A stretch of 64,000 nt of DNA from an uncultured Acidobacteriota bacterium. GTDB lineage: Bacteria > Acidobacteriota > Thermoanaerobaculia > Multivoradales > UBA5704. Location of the stretch: positions 4,096,001 through 4,160,000 of the forward strand of contig OY969474.1 in NCBI GenBank assembly GCA_963700145.1. Reading direction: 5' to 3'. The notes beneath the pieces were generated by a model. That model saw nothing but the letters and a program-made list of their open reading frames with translations. It had not been told where the DNA came from and did no database searches. Of the stretch, positions 42,618 through 53,625 are shown piece by piece. The stretch's first letter is position 1; each line of letters starts with the position of its first letter. The translations under genes were made by a program, and so were the position numbers.

Positions 42618-45323
42618 CTACTCGCCCAGCGACTCGATCCAGTCCTCCAGCGCGCCGGTCGAGCAGCCGTGCTTGCCGTGCCCCTTGCCGAGGCCCAGCG
42701 CGGCGATGATCTGCTCGCAGGAGCAGCCGGCGGTCTGCTGCAGGGTGAAGGGCGTCGGCGAGCCGCCCGGGGTGTCGAACGTGGTGTCGCCATCGAGCAG
42801 CACCCAGTGGTTCGGCTTGAGGCCGGCGGAGGGCGCCGTCTCGGGGATGGCCGTGCCCAGGCACGCGTCGTCGCAGGCGTCGGCCAGGCCGTCGCCGTCG
42901 GCGTCCGCCTGGTCGGGGTTGGGGGTCGTCGGGCAGTTGTCGCAGGCGTCGCCCACCCCGTCGCCGTCGGCGTCGGCCTGGTCCGGATTGGGCGTCGTCG
43001 GGCAGTTGTCGGCGTCGTCGGGGTCGCCGTCGGCGTCGAAGTCGCTCATCACGAAGAGCACGAGGCCGTCGTGGTCCGCCGAGCGCAGCGGCGTCGAGGC
43101 GTCGGAGTCGAAGGAGAAGGGCGCGTCGGCGTTGCCGCGCGAGTGCTCGGCGCCGCGCATGAAGTCGTCCAGCCCCTGCGAGGTGACGCCGTGGTCGAGC
43201 GCCTGGGCGCTGCCGTCGAAGACGAAGGAGTAGCGCTGGTCGGGCGTCTCGGAGAAGGTCTGGTTCGTCAGGTCGGGGTTGACCTCGTCGGTGGCGGGGA
43301 TCATCGCCCCGGCCGGGTCGGGGTTGCCGGTCACCTGCCCCATGACGTCCACGTAGCCGTCGGTGAACTCGAAGGCGTTGAAGTCGCCGATGGCGATCAG
43401 GCGCAGGCCCGGCGTGGCGGTCTGGAGGGTCTGGATGAACTGCGACAGGCGCAGCGCCTGCTGGTGTCGCTTCTCGCGCACCCGCGGGCCGTCCGCCGGG
43501 TCCTCGATGCCGCCGAGCGAGCGCTGATGGACGGCGATGACCGTCAGCGGGAACGCCGCGCCGTTGGCGGTGTAAGAGCCTTCCAGCACCAGCGGCGGCC
43601 GGTCGTTGAGGAGGAAGGTCTGGCTGTTGAAGACGAAGGTGTCGCCCTTGCCGAACTGCGTCACCGAGTCGACGTCCACCGTGTCGCGGACCAGGAAGCC
43701 GACGTCGATGCAGCCGACGTCGTCCCCCTCCTCGAGGTAGGCGGTGTAGTTGAGGCTCGGGTCGTCGGTGTTGAGCTTCGCCGCCAGCGTCTGGAGGGTG
43801 CCGAGGTTCTCGATCTCGGAGACCGCCAGGACATCCGGGGAGCCGAGCACGTCACGGATCTGGAGCGAGAACTTGTTCAGGCGGCTGGCGAACGCGGCCG
43901 GCGTGGGCGTGACGTCCGCGCAGCTCGGGTCCTCCGTGAGATCGAAGAGGCGGAAGAGGTTCTGGCTCCCCACCGTCAGCTCGCCCGCCTCCCGCGCCCG
44001 CACCGGGGCCGGCGTGATGGTGCCCACCACGCTCAGCTCCGTCGGCCAGATCTGGTAGTCGCTGAAGGAGAAGGCGAGCGGCCCCTCGGCCTCGACGACG
44101 ATCGCGCCGGCCGCCATCTGCAGGTCGCCGAAGAAGTCGGTGTCGATCTCGAAGATCTCGGGGTTGCCGTCCCAGACCGGCAGCAGCGGCTCGCCCGGGT
44201 AGAGGATGCCGGGCTCGCGGAAGGGGCGCGTCGCCGAGGCGACGACGGAGGCCTCGCCGAACTGGTTGGTCGGGCCGGAGACGGTGCCGTTCTCGACCCG
44301 CACCAGCATCCCTTCGAAGCGCTCCATCTCGGTCGCCGGCTGCGGCTGGCTGGGCGAGGGGACGGTGGGGCTGAAGAGGACCGGGGCGGGCAGCGGGTTG
44401 CCGTGCGAGAGCTCGGCGACCGTGACGGTGCCGTCCATCTCGGTCATGTTGAAGAACTCGGAGACCTTGGCCGTGACGTCCACCAGATCGCCGGTCTCGA
44501 CCGTCGGGGCCGAGCTGGTGAAGACGAAGATGCCGTTCGAGGTCTCGGGATCGGCGTCGGGGGTCGGGTCCTGGATGAAGAAGCCGTTGAAGACGACCGA
44601 GGTGACGACGTTGTTCTCGGTCAGGATCGTCTGCCCGACGTAGGGCGAGGCGAGGCCGTTGCCCTGGATCTCCCAGATCTCCTTCTCCGTCGGAGGGGGC
44701 ACGACGACGCAGGAGCCGACCGCGTCGCCCGGGTAGCAGCCGAGCCCGTCGAAGGTGTCGGTCGCAAAGCCGTTCCACTCGATGGACGGGTCGAAGACGT
44801 TGGTGCCGTTGGTGTCGCCGCCGGTGACCGTGGTCTTGCGCCGAAGGGTGTTGTCGGCGGTCGAGGTGACCCCCGTTCCCCACTCGGTCCCCGGGTCGAA
44901 GCCGATCTGGCCGATGACGTCGAGGATCGTCGTCCCCTTGCGCAGCACGACGGCGTCGTCCCCGTTGAACCAGCCGGAGCCCTGGGTCTGGTCGGCCACG
45001 GCGATGATCGCGGGCCCGGCCGCGGCCTGGGCGATGACGTAGACGTCGTCGTCGGCGAGGCTGGTGCCGGTGAGGTTGATCGTCAGGCCGGCGACGGCGC
45101 TGCCGTTGAAGAACATCTGGATGTTGTAGCCGCCGGCCGCGAGGTTCACCGTGGAGCCGGTGTCGTTGTAGATCTCGAGCGCCTTGTTGTTGGAGCTGCC
45201 CTCGATGTACTCGGTGAAGTAGAGGTCGGTCGCGGCGGCGGCGGGAAGCGCCGCCAGCAGGAGCAGGACGGCGGGCACAATCAGGCGCGCCAGGCGCACG
45301 AGTGGGGCGCTACGGTGGTGCAT
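42618..45323 (-). CDS. Extracellular nuclease (lamin-tail, OB-fold, EEP domain) with thrombospondin type 3 Ca-binding repeats
   Basis: YIEGSSNNKALEIYN, GDFN, YSFVFDG..QALDH, ADHD, DADGDGVGDACDNCP repeats. Confidence 0.9.
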   Translation of the reverse strand: MHHRSAPLVRLARLIVPAVLLLLAALPAAAATDLYFTEYIEGSSNNKALEIYNDTGSTVNLAAGGYNIQMFFNGSAVAGLTINLTGTSLADDDVYVIAQAAAGPAIIAVADQTQGSGWFNGDDAVVLRKGTTILDVIGQIGFDPGTEWGTGVTSTADNTLRRKTTVTGGDTNGTNVFDPSIEWNGFATDTFDGLGCYPGDAVGSCVVVPPPTEKEIWEIQGNGLASPYVGQTILTENNVVTSVVFNGFFIQDPTPDADPETSNGIFVFTSSAPTVETGDLVDVTAKVSEFFNMTEMDGTVTVAELSHGNPLPAPVLFSPTVPSPSQPQPATEMERFEGMLVRVENGTVSGPTNQFGEASVVASATRPFREPGILYPGEPLLPVWDGNPEIFEIDTDFFGDLQMAAGAIVVEAEGPLAFSFSDYQIWPTELSVVGTITPAPVRAREAGELTVGSQNLFRLFDLTEDPSCADVTPTPAAFASRLNKFSLQIRDVLGSPDVLAVSEIENLGTLQTLAAKLNTDDPSLNYTAYLEEGDDVGCIDVGFLVRDTVDVDSVTQFGKGDTFVFNSQTFLLNDRPPLVLEGSYTANGAAFPLTVIAVHQRSLGGIEDPADGPRVREKRHQQALRLSQFIQTLQTATPGLRLIAIGDFNAFEFTDGYVDVMGQVTGNPDPAGAMIPATDEVNPDLTNQTFSETPDQRYSFVFDGSAQALDHGVTSQGLDDFMRGAEHSRGNADAPFSFDSDASTPLRSADHDGLVLFVMSDFDADGDPDDADNCPTTPNPDQADADGDGVGDACDNCPTTPNPDQADADGDGLADACDDACLGTAIPETAPSAGLKPNHWVLLDGDTTFDTPGGSPTPFTLQQTAGCSCEQIIAALGLGKGHGKHGCSTGALEDWIESLGE

Positions 45324-45490
45324 TCGGTCCTCCCGGGGAAGAGTCTGTGGAAATGGGGCGCAGGGATTGTACCCCGCCAGGCCGGGAGGAGGGAAGACCG
45401 GTAGGCGGAGGAGCGCTCCGCCCACCGGGATGTCACTGGGCCGTCACGGCCGGTCGCCGTTACACCCCTGTAGCTATACTCCGGCCCCGC

Positions 45491-46537
45491 ATGCGCGCGC
45501 TGATCCTGGCCGGCGGCAGCGGCACCCGCTTCTGGCCCCTGTCGCGGCGCGCCCGCCCCAAGCAGCTCCTGGCCCTCGACGGCGAGCGCTCGCTCCTCCA
45601 GGAGACGGCGGCGCGCCTGGCGCCGCTCGCCGCGCCGGCCGATCTCTGGGTCTGTACCACGCGCGAGCTGGGCGACGCGGTGCGGCGCCAGCTCCCTGAA
45701 GTTCCTCCCGAACAGGTGCTGGAGGAGCCGGTGGGCCGCAACACGGCGCCGGCCATCGCCTGGTCGGTGGCCTCGATGCCAGCCGAAGCGCGGCAGGGCG
45801 TCGTCGCCGTCCTTCCCTCCGATCATCGGATCGCCGACCCCGCCGCCTTCCGCGACGTCCTCGCCCGCGCGGCGGCGGTCGTCGAGCGCGACGACCGCGT
45901 CATGACGCTGGGCGTCAAGCCCTACCGCGTCGAGCCCGGCTTCGGCCACCTTGAGCTCGGCGAGCCGCTCACCGGCGACCCGGAGCTCCGCCGCGTCGTC
46001 CGCTTCGTCGAAAAGCCGCCGCCGGAGACCGCCGAGCAGTTCGTCCGCTCGGGCAACCATCTCTGGAACGCCGGCATGTTCGTCTTCCGCGGCGCCACGC
46101 TGCTCGAGCTGCTGGCGCGCCACCAGCCCGAGCTCGCCGCCGGCGTGGCCGAGATCGCCGCCGCCCCGGCGCGTGCCGCCGAGCTCTACCCGCGCCTGCC
46201 GGCGATCTCGATCGACTACGCGCTGATGGAGAAGCTCGACGACCTCGGCACCCTGCCGCTCGACTGCGGCTGGAGCGACCTCGGCTCCTGGGAGGCGCTC
46301 GCCGAGGTGCTGCCGCCGGACGCCGCCGGCAACGCCGCCCGCGGCGACGCCGTGGCGCTCGACGCCGCAGGCAACCTGCTGCTCGCCGACGCCGGGACGG
46401 TGGCGGTCCTCGGAGTGCGCGATCTCGTCGTGGTGCGCACCGCCGACGCAGTGCTGGTGCTGCCCAAGGAGCGCTCGCAGGAGGTGCGGCGGATCGTCGC
46501 CGAGCTGGCGGCGCGCGGCCGCGACGACCTCCTCTGA
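45491..46537 (+). CDS. manC: Mannose-1-phosphate guanylyltransferase
   Basis: ILAGGSGTRFWPLSR..PKQ, EPVGRNTAPA, PSDH, FVEKP, WNAGMF, WSDLGSW. Confidence 0.93.
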   Translation: MRALILAGGSGTRFWPLSRRARPKQLLALDGERSLLQETAARLAPLAAPADLWVCTTRELGDAVRRQLPEVPPEQVLEEPVGRNTAPAIAWSVASMPAEARQGVVAVLPSDHRIADPAAFRDVLARAAAVVERDDRVMTLGVKPYRVEPGFGHLELGEPLTGDPELRRVVRFVEKPPPETAEQFVRSGNHLWNAGMFVFRGATLLELLARHQPELAAGVAEIAAAPARAAELYPRLPAISIDYALMEKLDDLGTLPLDCGWSDLGSWEALAEVLPPDAAGNAARGDAVALDAAGNLLLADAGTVAVLGVRDLVVVRTADAVLVLPKERSQEVRRIVAELAARGRDDLL

Positions 46538-46556
46538 CGCGCGCCGCACGCCCGCC

Positions 46557-47210
46557 ATGGTCCCCGTCCACGTCGCGCTCCCCGCCGGGGACCGCCCCCT
46601 CGCCTCCCTCCCCGCTCCGCTGCCTCTCGACGCCCTCGTCCCCGGCGCCGGCCCCTGGGAGGTAGAGCTCGGCTTCGGCAAGGGCCGCTACCTCCTGCGC
46701 CGCGCGACCGAGGCGCCCGAGCGCCGCTTCCTCGGCGTCGAGGTGGCCGCCAAGTACCAGCAGCTCTTCGCGGCGCGCGCCCGCCGCCGCGGCCTCACCA
46801 ACTGGCTGGCGCTGCGCGGCGAGGCGCTCTACCTGCTGGCGGCGGTGCTGCCCGCCGGCTTTGCCGCCGCCGTCCACGTCTACTTCCCCGATCCCTGGCC
46901 CAAGGAGCGGCACCAGAAGCGCCGCCTCTTCGACCCGGCGACCGTCGACCTCGTGCTCGGGCTCCTCGCCTCCGGCGGCACCCTCGCCTTCGCCACCGAC
47001 TTCCTGGAGTACGGCGAGTGCGTCGCCGCGATCCTGGCCGGCGTGCCGGGCCTGACCGCGCGCCGCCTCGAGGCCTGGCCGGAGGGCCCGCGCACCAACT
47101 ACGAAGCGAAGTACGCCGCCGAGGGACGGCCGATCCTGCGGCTGGAAGCGACGCTCGCCGCGCCCGCGGCGCCCCTCCATCCGGAGGGCGCCGCGGCCGT
47201 CGTCGCCTGA
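46557..47210 (+). CDS. trmB: tRNA (guanine-N7)-methyltransferase
   Basis: ELGFGKG, YFPDPWPK.RH.KRRL, ATD, TNYEAKY. Confidence 0.9.
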   Translation: MVPVHVALPAGDRPLASLPAPLPLDALVPGAGPWEVELGFGKGRYLLRRATEAPERRFLGVEVAAKYQQLFAARARRRGLTNWLALRGEALYLLAAVLPAGFAAAVHVYFPDPWPKERHQKRRLFDPATVDLVLGLLASGGTLAFATDFLEYGECVAAILAGVPGLTARRLEAWPEGPRTNYEAKYAAEGRPILRLEATLAAPAAPLHPEGAAAVVA

Positions 47211-47225
47211 TAACCTCACCACCCC

Positions 47226-48983
47226 GTGGACGCCCCGCTCTACCGGCGCCTCGCCTACCTCCTCCCGTTCTTCCGCCGCTACCGCCTGAAGCTCGCCGCC
47301 GGGCTCTGCGCCATCCTCTTCGCGGCGGCGCTCGGGCTGGTGACGCCGCTCCTCGTCGGTGGCGCGGTGGACACCCTGCGCGTCGAGGTCACGCGCCAGG
47401 CCCTCCTGCGCTACGCCGGCCTGCTGCTCCTCGTCTCGGCCCTCCAGGGGGTCTTCAGCTACGCGCAGCGGATGCTCCTGGTGACGATGAGCCGCGACGT
47501 CGAGTACGACCTCCGCAACCTCTATTTCACGAGCCTCGAGCGGCAGGCGCCGGCCTACTTCCAGGAGCACCCGACCGGCGACCTCATGGCGCGCGCCACC
47601 AACGACCTGCAGGCGGTGCGCATGCTCTGCGGCCCGGCGATCATGTACGCCGCCAACACGCTCTTCACCGCCACCGGCGCGCTCTTCTTCATGACCCGCA
47701 TCAACTGGCGGCTGACGCTGGTGGCGCTCCTCGCCATGCCGCTCCTCGCCGTCGTCACCAAGGTCTTCGGCGAGCGCATCCACTCGACGTTCGAGCAGGT
47801 GCAAGGGCGCTTCTCCGACCTCTCGGCGCGCGTGCAGGAGAGCCTGGCGGGCGTGCGCGTGGTGCGCGCCTATGCCCGCGAGCGGGCCGAGGAGGCCGAC
47901 TTCGCCCGCGCCAACGAGGAGTACGTCGAGCGCAACCGCCAGCTCATCGCCTGGTCGGCCGCCTTCCACCCGGCGATCCAGGGCCTGGTCGGCGTCGGCT
48001 TCGTGGCGGTGCTCTGGTACGGCGGAATACTGGTGACGCGCGGCGCGCTGACGCTGGGCGAGTACGTGACCTTCAACTTCTTCTTGGGCAAGCTGATCTG
48101 GCCGATGATCGCGATCGGCTGGGTGGCGAACCTGGCGCAGCGCGGCAGCGCCTCGCTGGGGCGCATCCGCGAGGTGCTGGAGGCCGAGCCGGCGATCAAG
48201 GACGAGGAGCCGCTGGTCGATCCCGGCGCCATCGACGGCGCCGTCCGCTTCCTCGACCTCCACTTCAGCTACGGCGAGGGCCTGCCGCCGGCTCTCGCGG
48301 GCATCGACCTGCGGGTGGCGCCGGGCGAGCGGGTGGCGCTCGTCGGCCGCACCGGCTCGGGCAAGAGCACGCTCCTGGCGCTCCTGCCGCGGCTCCTCGA
48401 CCCGCCGCCGGGGAGCCTCTTCATCGACGGCGCCGACATCCGCCGCCTGCCGCTGGCGCGCCTGCGCGGCGCCATCGGCATGGTGCCGCAGGAGACCTTC
48501 CTCTTCTCGGCCTCGGTGCGCGACAACATCGCCTTCGGGCGGCCTGAGGCGACGGCCGAGGAGGTGCTGGAGGCCGCCGAGCTGGCCGGCCTCGGCCCCG
48601 ACCTCGCCGACTTCCCGGCCGGCCTCGACACGCTGGTGGGGGAGCGCGGGCTGACGCTGTCGGGCGGCCAGAAGCAGCGCGTGGCGCTGGCGCGCGCGCT
48701 CCTCGTCCAGCCGCGCCTGCTGCTGCTCGACGACTGCCTCTCGGCGGTGGACACGCAGACCGAGGAGCGCATCCTGCGCAACCTGCGCCGCGTCTTCCAG
48801 GGGCGGACGGTCTTCCTCGTCTCGCACCGCATCTCGACGGTCAAGGACGCCGACCAGATCCTGGTCCTCGAGCGCGGGCGGATCGTCGAGCGCGGCAGCC
48901 ACCAGCAGCTGCTCGCTCAGGGCGGCCTCTACGCCGACCTCCACCAGCGGCAGCTGCTGGAAGAAGAGCTGGCGGCGGTCTAG
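47226..48983 (+). CDS. ABC exporter, fused TMD-NBD (MdlA-like)
   Basis: TM helices, [27 protein letters not shown]. Confidence 0.95.
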   Translation: MDAPLYRRLAYLLPFFRRYRLKLAAGLCAILFAAALGLVTPLLVGGAVDTLRVEVTRQALLRYAGLLLLVSALQGVFSYAQRMLLVTMSRDVEYDLRNLYFTSLERQAPAYFQEHPTGDLMARATNDLQAVRMLCGPAIMYAANTLFTATGALFFMTRINWRLTLVALLAMPLLAVVTKVFGERIHSTFEQVQGRFSDLSARVQESLAGVRVVRAYARERAEEADFARANEEYVERNRQLIAWSAAFHPAIQGLVGVGFVAVLWYGGILVTRGALTLGEYVTFNFFLGKLIWPMIAIGWVANLAQRGSASLGRIREVLEAEPAIKDEEPLVDPGAIDGAVRFLDLHFSYGEGLPPALAGIDLRVAPGERVALVGRTGSGKSTLLALLPRLLDPPPGSLFIDGADIRRLPLARLRGAIGMVPQETFLFSASVRDNIAFGRPEATAEEVLEAAELAGLGPDLADFPAGLDTLVGERGLTLSGGQKQRVALARALLVQPRLLLLDDCLSAVDTQTEERILRNLRRVFQGRTVFLVSHRISTVKDADQILVLERGRIVERGSHQQLLAQGGLYADLHQRQLLEEELAAV

Positions 48984-48991
48984 GAGGCTCC

Positions 48992-49921
48992 ATGCGGATC
49001 ATCGTCACGGGCGGGACGGGGCTCATCGGCTCGGCGCTGGCGCGCGACCTCGCGGGCTCCGGGCACGAGGTCGTGGTGCTGACGCGCGATCCGGCCAAGG
49101 CCGGCGGCCTGCCACCCGGCGTCACCGCCGCCGGCTGGGACGGCCGCACCGCCGAAGGCTGGGCGCACCTGGCGAGCGGTGCCGGCGCGATCGTCCACCT
49201 GGCGGGCGAGAACATCGGCGCCGGCCGCTGGACGGCGGAGCGGAAGCGGCGCATCCGCGACAGCCGCGTGCGCTCGGGCGAGGCGGTCCTGGCGGCGATC
49301 CGCGCGGCCGAGCCGCGGCCGGCGGTCCTGGTGCAGGCCTCCGCGGTCGGCTACTACGGCCCGCGCGGCGACGAGCCGGTGGACGAGAGCGCGCCGGCCG
49401 GCGACGACTTCCTCGCCCGCGTCTGCGTCGACTGGGAGGCCGCGACCGCCGAAGCCGAGGCGCTCGGGGTGCGGCGGCCGGTCATCCGCAGCGGCGTCGT
49501 CCTGGCGCGCGGGGGCGGCGCGCTGCCCAAGATGCTCCTCCCCTTCAAGCTCTTCGCTGGCGGGCCGGTGGGGAGCGGACGCCAGCCGCTCTCCTGGATC
49601 CACCTCGCCGACGAGGTCGGGGCGATCCACCACCTGCTCGAGCGGGACGAGGCGCTCGGCCCCTTCAACCTGACGGCGCCCGAGCCGGTCAGCAACCGGG
49701 AGTTCGCGCGCGCCGCCGGGCGGGTGATGGGGCGGCCGAGCTTCCTGCCAGCGCCGGCGCCGGCGCTCCGGCTGGCGCTCGGCGAGATGGCGGACATGCT
49801 CCTTACCGGCCAGCGGGCGGTCTCCAAGCGCCTGCTCGAGCTCGGCTACGCGTTCCGCTTTCCGCGGATCGAGGCGGCGCTCGCGGACCTTTTCGGCAAG
49901 CGCCGCCCGCACGCCGCCTGA
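48992..49921 (+). CDS. TIGR01777/YfcH-type NAD-dependent epimerase
   Basis: [16 protein letters not shown]...[14 protein letters not shown]. Confidence 0.92.
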   Translation: MRIIVTGGTGLIGSALARDLAGSGHEVVVLTRDPAKAGGLPPGVTAAGWDGRTAEGWAHLASGAGAIVHLAGENIGAGRWTAERKRRIRDSRVRSGEAVLAAIRAAEPRPAVLVQASAVGYYGPRGDEPVDESAPAGDDFLARVCVDWEAATAEAEALGVRRPVIRSGVVLARGGGALPKMLLPFKLFAGGPVGSGRQPLSWIHLADEVGAIHHLLERDEALGPFNLTAPEPVSNREFARAAGRVMGRPSFLPAPAPALRLALGEMADMLLTGQRAVSKRLLELGYAFRFPRIEAALADLFGKRRPHAA

Positions 49922-49926
49922 GCCCG

Positions 49927-50310
49927 ATGGAGGCGATCCGCCAGGGGGACATCCCCGGCGTCCAGCTCCGCCGCCGGCAGCGCCTGCCTCTGCCCTGCGG
50001 CGAGGCGTGGGCATGGCTCGTCGAGCCCGAGCGCCTCGAGCGCTGGCTCCCTGCTGCGGCGGGCGAGAGCCGCCGCACCCTCGAGACCGCCCCGTCCGAT
50101 CGCGTCGTTCTCGCCTGGGAGGAGGCCGGCTGGCCGGCGCCGACGCGCGTCACGCTGCAGTTCCATCCCGCGGCCGGCGGCTGCGAGCTGGACGTCCTCC
50201 ATCAAGGCTTCGAGCGCCTGCCGCTCTCGGCCTGCCTGACCGTCTGGGAGGCCTACCGCCGCCGCTGGCGGGAAGCCCTCGAGCGGCTCGCCGCCGCCGT
50301 CGTCGCCTGA
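49927..50310 (+). CDS. SRPBCC/AHA1-like domain protein
   Basis: AWAWLVEPERLERW, R.VLAW, T.V...F, W...L..L pattern. Confidence 0.7.
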   Translation: MEAIRQGDIPGVQLRRRQRLPLPCGEAWAWLVEPERLERWLPAAAGESRRTLETAPSDRVVLAWEEAGWPAPTRVTLQFHPAAGGCELDVLHQGFERLPLSACLTVWEAYRRRWREALERLAAAVVA

Positions 50311-50342
50311 AAAACAAAGGCCCCGGTCTCGAGACCGGGGCC
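50311..50342 (-). terminator. Intrinsic terminator of the TonB receptor gene
   Basis: GGCCCCGGTCTCGAGACCGGGGCC palindrome followed on the minus strand by TTTGTTTT. Confidence 0.8.
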
Positions 50343-50367
50343 CAGGTGGACGACGGCAGGCTGGAGT

Positions 50368-53300
50368 CTAGAAGCGGAACCCCACCGAGATGCGGTAGGT
50401 ACGGGGCACCTGCAGGTCGAGCTCGTTGGTGGACTTGCCGAAGTTCGCTCCCTTCCGCCAGTGCACGCCCTCGACGGGCTGCGTGGTGAAGGGGTTGAAC
50501 GCCGTCAGGCCGCTGCCGGCGTTGGCCGCGGTGAGCACCGTCTGGTTGACGATCTCCGAGCCGTCGTCGTCCAACACGTTGAGGACCTCGGGCTGCAGGA
50601 AGATCTCCACTTCCTTGCCGAAGGCCCCGAAGGTGAAGCCGTAGTTCAGCGACAGGTTCGTGCTGGTGATGTCGTCGGTGTGGAACTCGTCGCGGTCGGT
50701 GAAGAAGTAGGCCACCGTCGCCGGCGCGATGGCGTAGCCCGGGTTGGTGCGGAAGGTGGCCGGGATGTTCGCCGCAGCGCCGTAAGGCGAGCCGGAGCTG
50801 TAGGTCTGCAGCAGCCCGACGTTGAGCGAGTGGCGCTCGGTGCGGAAGACGTCGTAGGTGCCGAAGAGGCGCAGGCGGTGCCGCTGGTCGATCGACAGGT
50901 CGCCGTGCGGGATGTTCCAGCTGGCCTGCTTGTACTCGGGGAAGGCCAGCGCGTCGGAGCGGATCGGGCCGGAGGTGCCGATCTCCCCTTCCCAGTTCCC
51001 CTCGGCGTGCGACAGCGTATAGACGCCGCCGATGTTGAGCTTGTCGGTGAAGCGGTACTGGAACTGGGTGTGGAGGCCGTCGTACTTGCGCTCGAGGACG
51101 TCGTCATTGTTCTCGACGACCTCGAGGTTCGCCGGCCTGCCGGCCGGCGTGATGACTCTGCCGGTCTGCAGGTCGATGCGGCCGACGTAGAAGTCCTGCG
51201 CGTCGCGGTGGACGAGGTCGGCGCGGACGAGCCCCTTGCCGCCCAGCCGCTTGGTGGCGCCGACCGAGTACTCGATGGTGTGCGGCGAGTCGAGCGAGCC
51301 GCCGCCGATGATCGTGGTGCCGCCCGGGATGTCGACCGTGCGGATGACCAGCGGATCGGTCGTGTTGACGTTGCCGACCGAGTCGAACCAGTCCCACAGC
51401 ATCTGCAGCGCCGTGTCGGCCGGGATCAGCGGCTGGCCGCTTCCCGGCACGTTGATCGCCGGGCCGCGGTACCAGAAGGTGAACGCCGCCGGGTTGCCGC
51501 CGAGCGAGGTGGAGTCGCCCTGCGTGTTGGCGAGCGCCGCGACGTAGTGGCCGTAGCTGGCGTTGAACAGCCAGTCGCCGTCGCCCTTGGGGTCCCAGGT
51601 GAGGCCCAGGCGGGGGCTGACCTTGCTGTCGCTCGCCACTTCCTGCCCGGCGCCGTTGACGCCGTCGTTCTCGTCGAAGCGCACGCCGAGGTTGAAGCTC
51701 CAGCGGTCGTTGAGCCGCCAGCGGTCGTTGAGGAAGATCGAGTTGGTGGTGAAGTCGGTGCCCTGGCTGGAGACCAGGATCGGGTTGAACTGGATGATCG
51801 TGCCGCCGGCGGGCGCCGGGGGGTTCGGCCGCGGGACGAAGGTCGGGAAGAGCTGGCCGTTGGCGAGGATCGTGTTGGAGAGCAGGATGCGGAAGTCGCT
51901 CCCCGACTGATGGTTGTCGGCGGCGCGGATGTCGCTGAAGGTGTCGTAGCCGAGGACCAGGTCGTGCGAGCCGAGCGTCTCGGTGGTCAGGAAGTAGGAC
52001 GCCTTGGCCAGCAGGTTCTCGTTGTCCCGCTCCTCCGGCCGGCAGACGCCGCAGAAGGTCGGGCTGTGCCAGCGCGCCGCCGTGGGCACGTCGACGAACA
52101 GCGTCCCCAGGATCCGGTCGGTGAAGCGTGAGCCGGAGCCGATGAAGGTGAACTCGCGCTCCGAGTACTGCGCCTCGATGAAGAAGTTCTCGGTGATGAC
52201 GCCGTTGTAGTTGAGGGCGCGCAGCTCCTGCGGCGTCTCGCGGTTGTTCAGGCTCGCGAGGTCGAGGACGTTGGTGATGAAGCGGTTGCCGGCCTCGGAG
52301 TCCTCGATCTCGAGGTAGGAGGCGGTCAGCCGGTGGCCCTGGAAGGGCGAGAGCGTGAGCTTGCCTTCGTAGCGCCGCTGGTCGCGCCCCTCGGGGAAGG
52401 GGATGCCGGGGGTGGTGACCAGAGCGTTGGTCGGGCTGCGCACGTTGACCTGGCCGGTGGTCCGCGTCAGCACCCGCTCGAGGTCGCGGCCGGCGAGGAA
52501 GTACCAGGCCTTGTCGCGCCAGAGCCAGCCGCCGAGCGTGGCCTCGTAGGTCTTGTTGAGCTCGTCCGTGCGCTCCGGGTGGAGCGGGTTGCTGCTCGAA
52601 ACCCAGTCGTCGTTGGTCAGGTTGCTGCGGAACGAGCCGTGCAGCTCGTTGCCCCCCGACTTGGTGATCGTGTTGATCACGCCGCCGGCGAAGCGCCCGT
52701 ACTCGGCCGAGACCGACGAGGTCGAGGTGGTGGTCTCCTCGATCGAGTCCTCGATGAAGAGGTCGAAGGGCTGGCCGCGCAGGTTCTCGGTGACGACCAC
52801 GCCGTTGACCAGGAACAGGTTCTCGTGCGACTGGGCGCCCGAGACCGAGATGCCGCTGTCGCGCGAGGCGCCGGCGCGCGGGCCGGTGGACGACACGCCC
52901 GCGGTCAGCAGCACCGCGTCGCGGATGTCACGGTTGACCGGCAGCTTCTCGATCACCTCTTTGTAGTTGTAGGTGGTCGAGGCCTGGCCGCCGGCCGAGA
53001 TGGTCTCGTAGCTGCCGGTGACGACGATCTCCTCGGTCACCCCTTCGAGCACCATCTCCTGGTCGAGCGTCGTGGTCTGCGCCGCCGACAGCTTGACCGT
53101 CTTCTCGGCGTTGGCGAAGCCCTGCATCTCGAAGGTGATGCTGTAGTCCCCCGGCGGCAGCAGGGGGATGATGTACGAGCCGTTCTCCTCCGAGGTGGTC
53201 GAGCGAGTCCCCTGCAGCGAAGGCGACGAGACCGTCACCGTGGCGCCGGGGAGCGCCGCGTCCTCCGCGGTGGTGACCCGGCCGCGCAGCGTCGCCGTGG

Positions 53301-53376
53301 GGAGCCCCTGCCCGAAGGCAGGAAGCGCCGCCAGCAGCACGCCGGCCAGCACGAGGCAGGTTCTGGTCGGTTTCAT
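50368..53376 (-). CDS. TonB-dependent receptor (Oar-like, N-terminal carboxypeptidase-regulatory domain)
   Basis: Signal peptide, SAEYGRFAGGVINTITKSG plug motif, C-terminal GFRF; AAAGGAG RBS. Confidence 0.93.
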   Translation of the reverse strand: MKPTRTCLVLAGVLLAALPAFGQGLPTATLRGRVTTAEDAALPGATVTVSSPSLQGTRSTTSEENGSYIIPLLPPGDYSITFEMQGFANAEKTVKLSAAQTTTLDQEMVLEGVTEEIVVTGSYETISAGGQASTTYNYKEVIEKLPVNRDIRDAVLLTAGVSSTGPRAGASRDSGISVSGAQSHENLFLVNGVVVTENLRGQPFDLFIEDSIEETTTSTSSVSAEYGRFAGGVINTITKSGGNELHGSFRSNLTNDDWVSSSNPLHPERTDELNKTYEATLGGWLWRDKAWYFLAGRDLERVLTRTTGQVNVRSPTNALVTTPGIPFPEGRDQRRYEGKLTLSPFQGHRLTASYLEIEDSEAGNRFITNVLDLASLNNRETPQELRALNYNGVITENFFIEAQYSEREFTFIGSGSRFTDRILGTLFVDVPTAARWHSPTFCGVCRPEERDNENLLAKASYFLTTETLGSHDLVLGYDTFSDIRAADNHQSGSDFRILLSNTILANGQLFPTFVPRPNPPAPAGGTIIQFNPILVSSQGTDFTTNSIFLNDRWRLNDRWSFNLGVRFDENDGVNGAGQEVASDSKVSPRLGLTWDPKGDGDWLFNASYGHYVAALANTQGDSTSLGGNPAAFTFWYRGPAINVPGSGQPLIPADTALQMLWDWFDSVGNVNTTDPLVIRTVDIPGGTTIIGGGSLDSPHTIEYSVGATKRLGGKGLVRADLVHRDAQDFYVGRIDLQTGRVITPAGRPANLEVVENNDDVLERKYDGLHTQFQYRFTDKLNIGGVYTLSHAEGNWEGEIGTSGPIRSDALAFPEYKQASWNIPHGDLSIDQRHRLRLFGTYDVFRTERHSLNVGLLQTYSSGSPYGAAANIPATFRTNPGYAIAPATVAYFFTDRDEFHTDDITSTNLSLNYGFTFGAFGKEVEIFLQPEVLNVLDDDGSEIVNQTVLTAANAGSGLTAFNPFTTQPVEGVHWRKGANFGKSTNELDLQVPRTYRISVGFRF

Positions 53377-53503
53377 TCGTGCTCCTTTCCGTATCCGTTC
53401 CTCTGAAGACATGGGGCCCTTCGACGGGGAAGGGCTTCAAAGACCGCTGGCCCGCCACGAGCGGGCGGGCTCGATTCAGCGGAAAGCACTGGCTCTCGGA
53501 GCG

Positions 53504-53569
53504 GCAATTCTCATGCCGCGGTGGGAGGTTGTCAACGACCCACTTAAAGATCTTGGAATCAGCGGTTTA
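53504..53569 (-). promoter_or_regulatory. Putative sigma54 promoter plus IHF-like site for the TonB receptor
   Basis: Minus strand CGGCATG-AGAA-TTGC (53504-53518); AATCAGCGGTTTA at 53557-53569 is one mismatch from WATCAANNNNTTR. Confidence 0.6.
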
Positions 53570-53625
53570 CAGGCACCGCTCGGCACCCTCGTTCAAGTCG
53601 CCGGATTCAGCAGCTTGGACGACCC

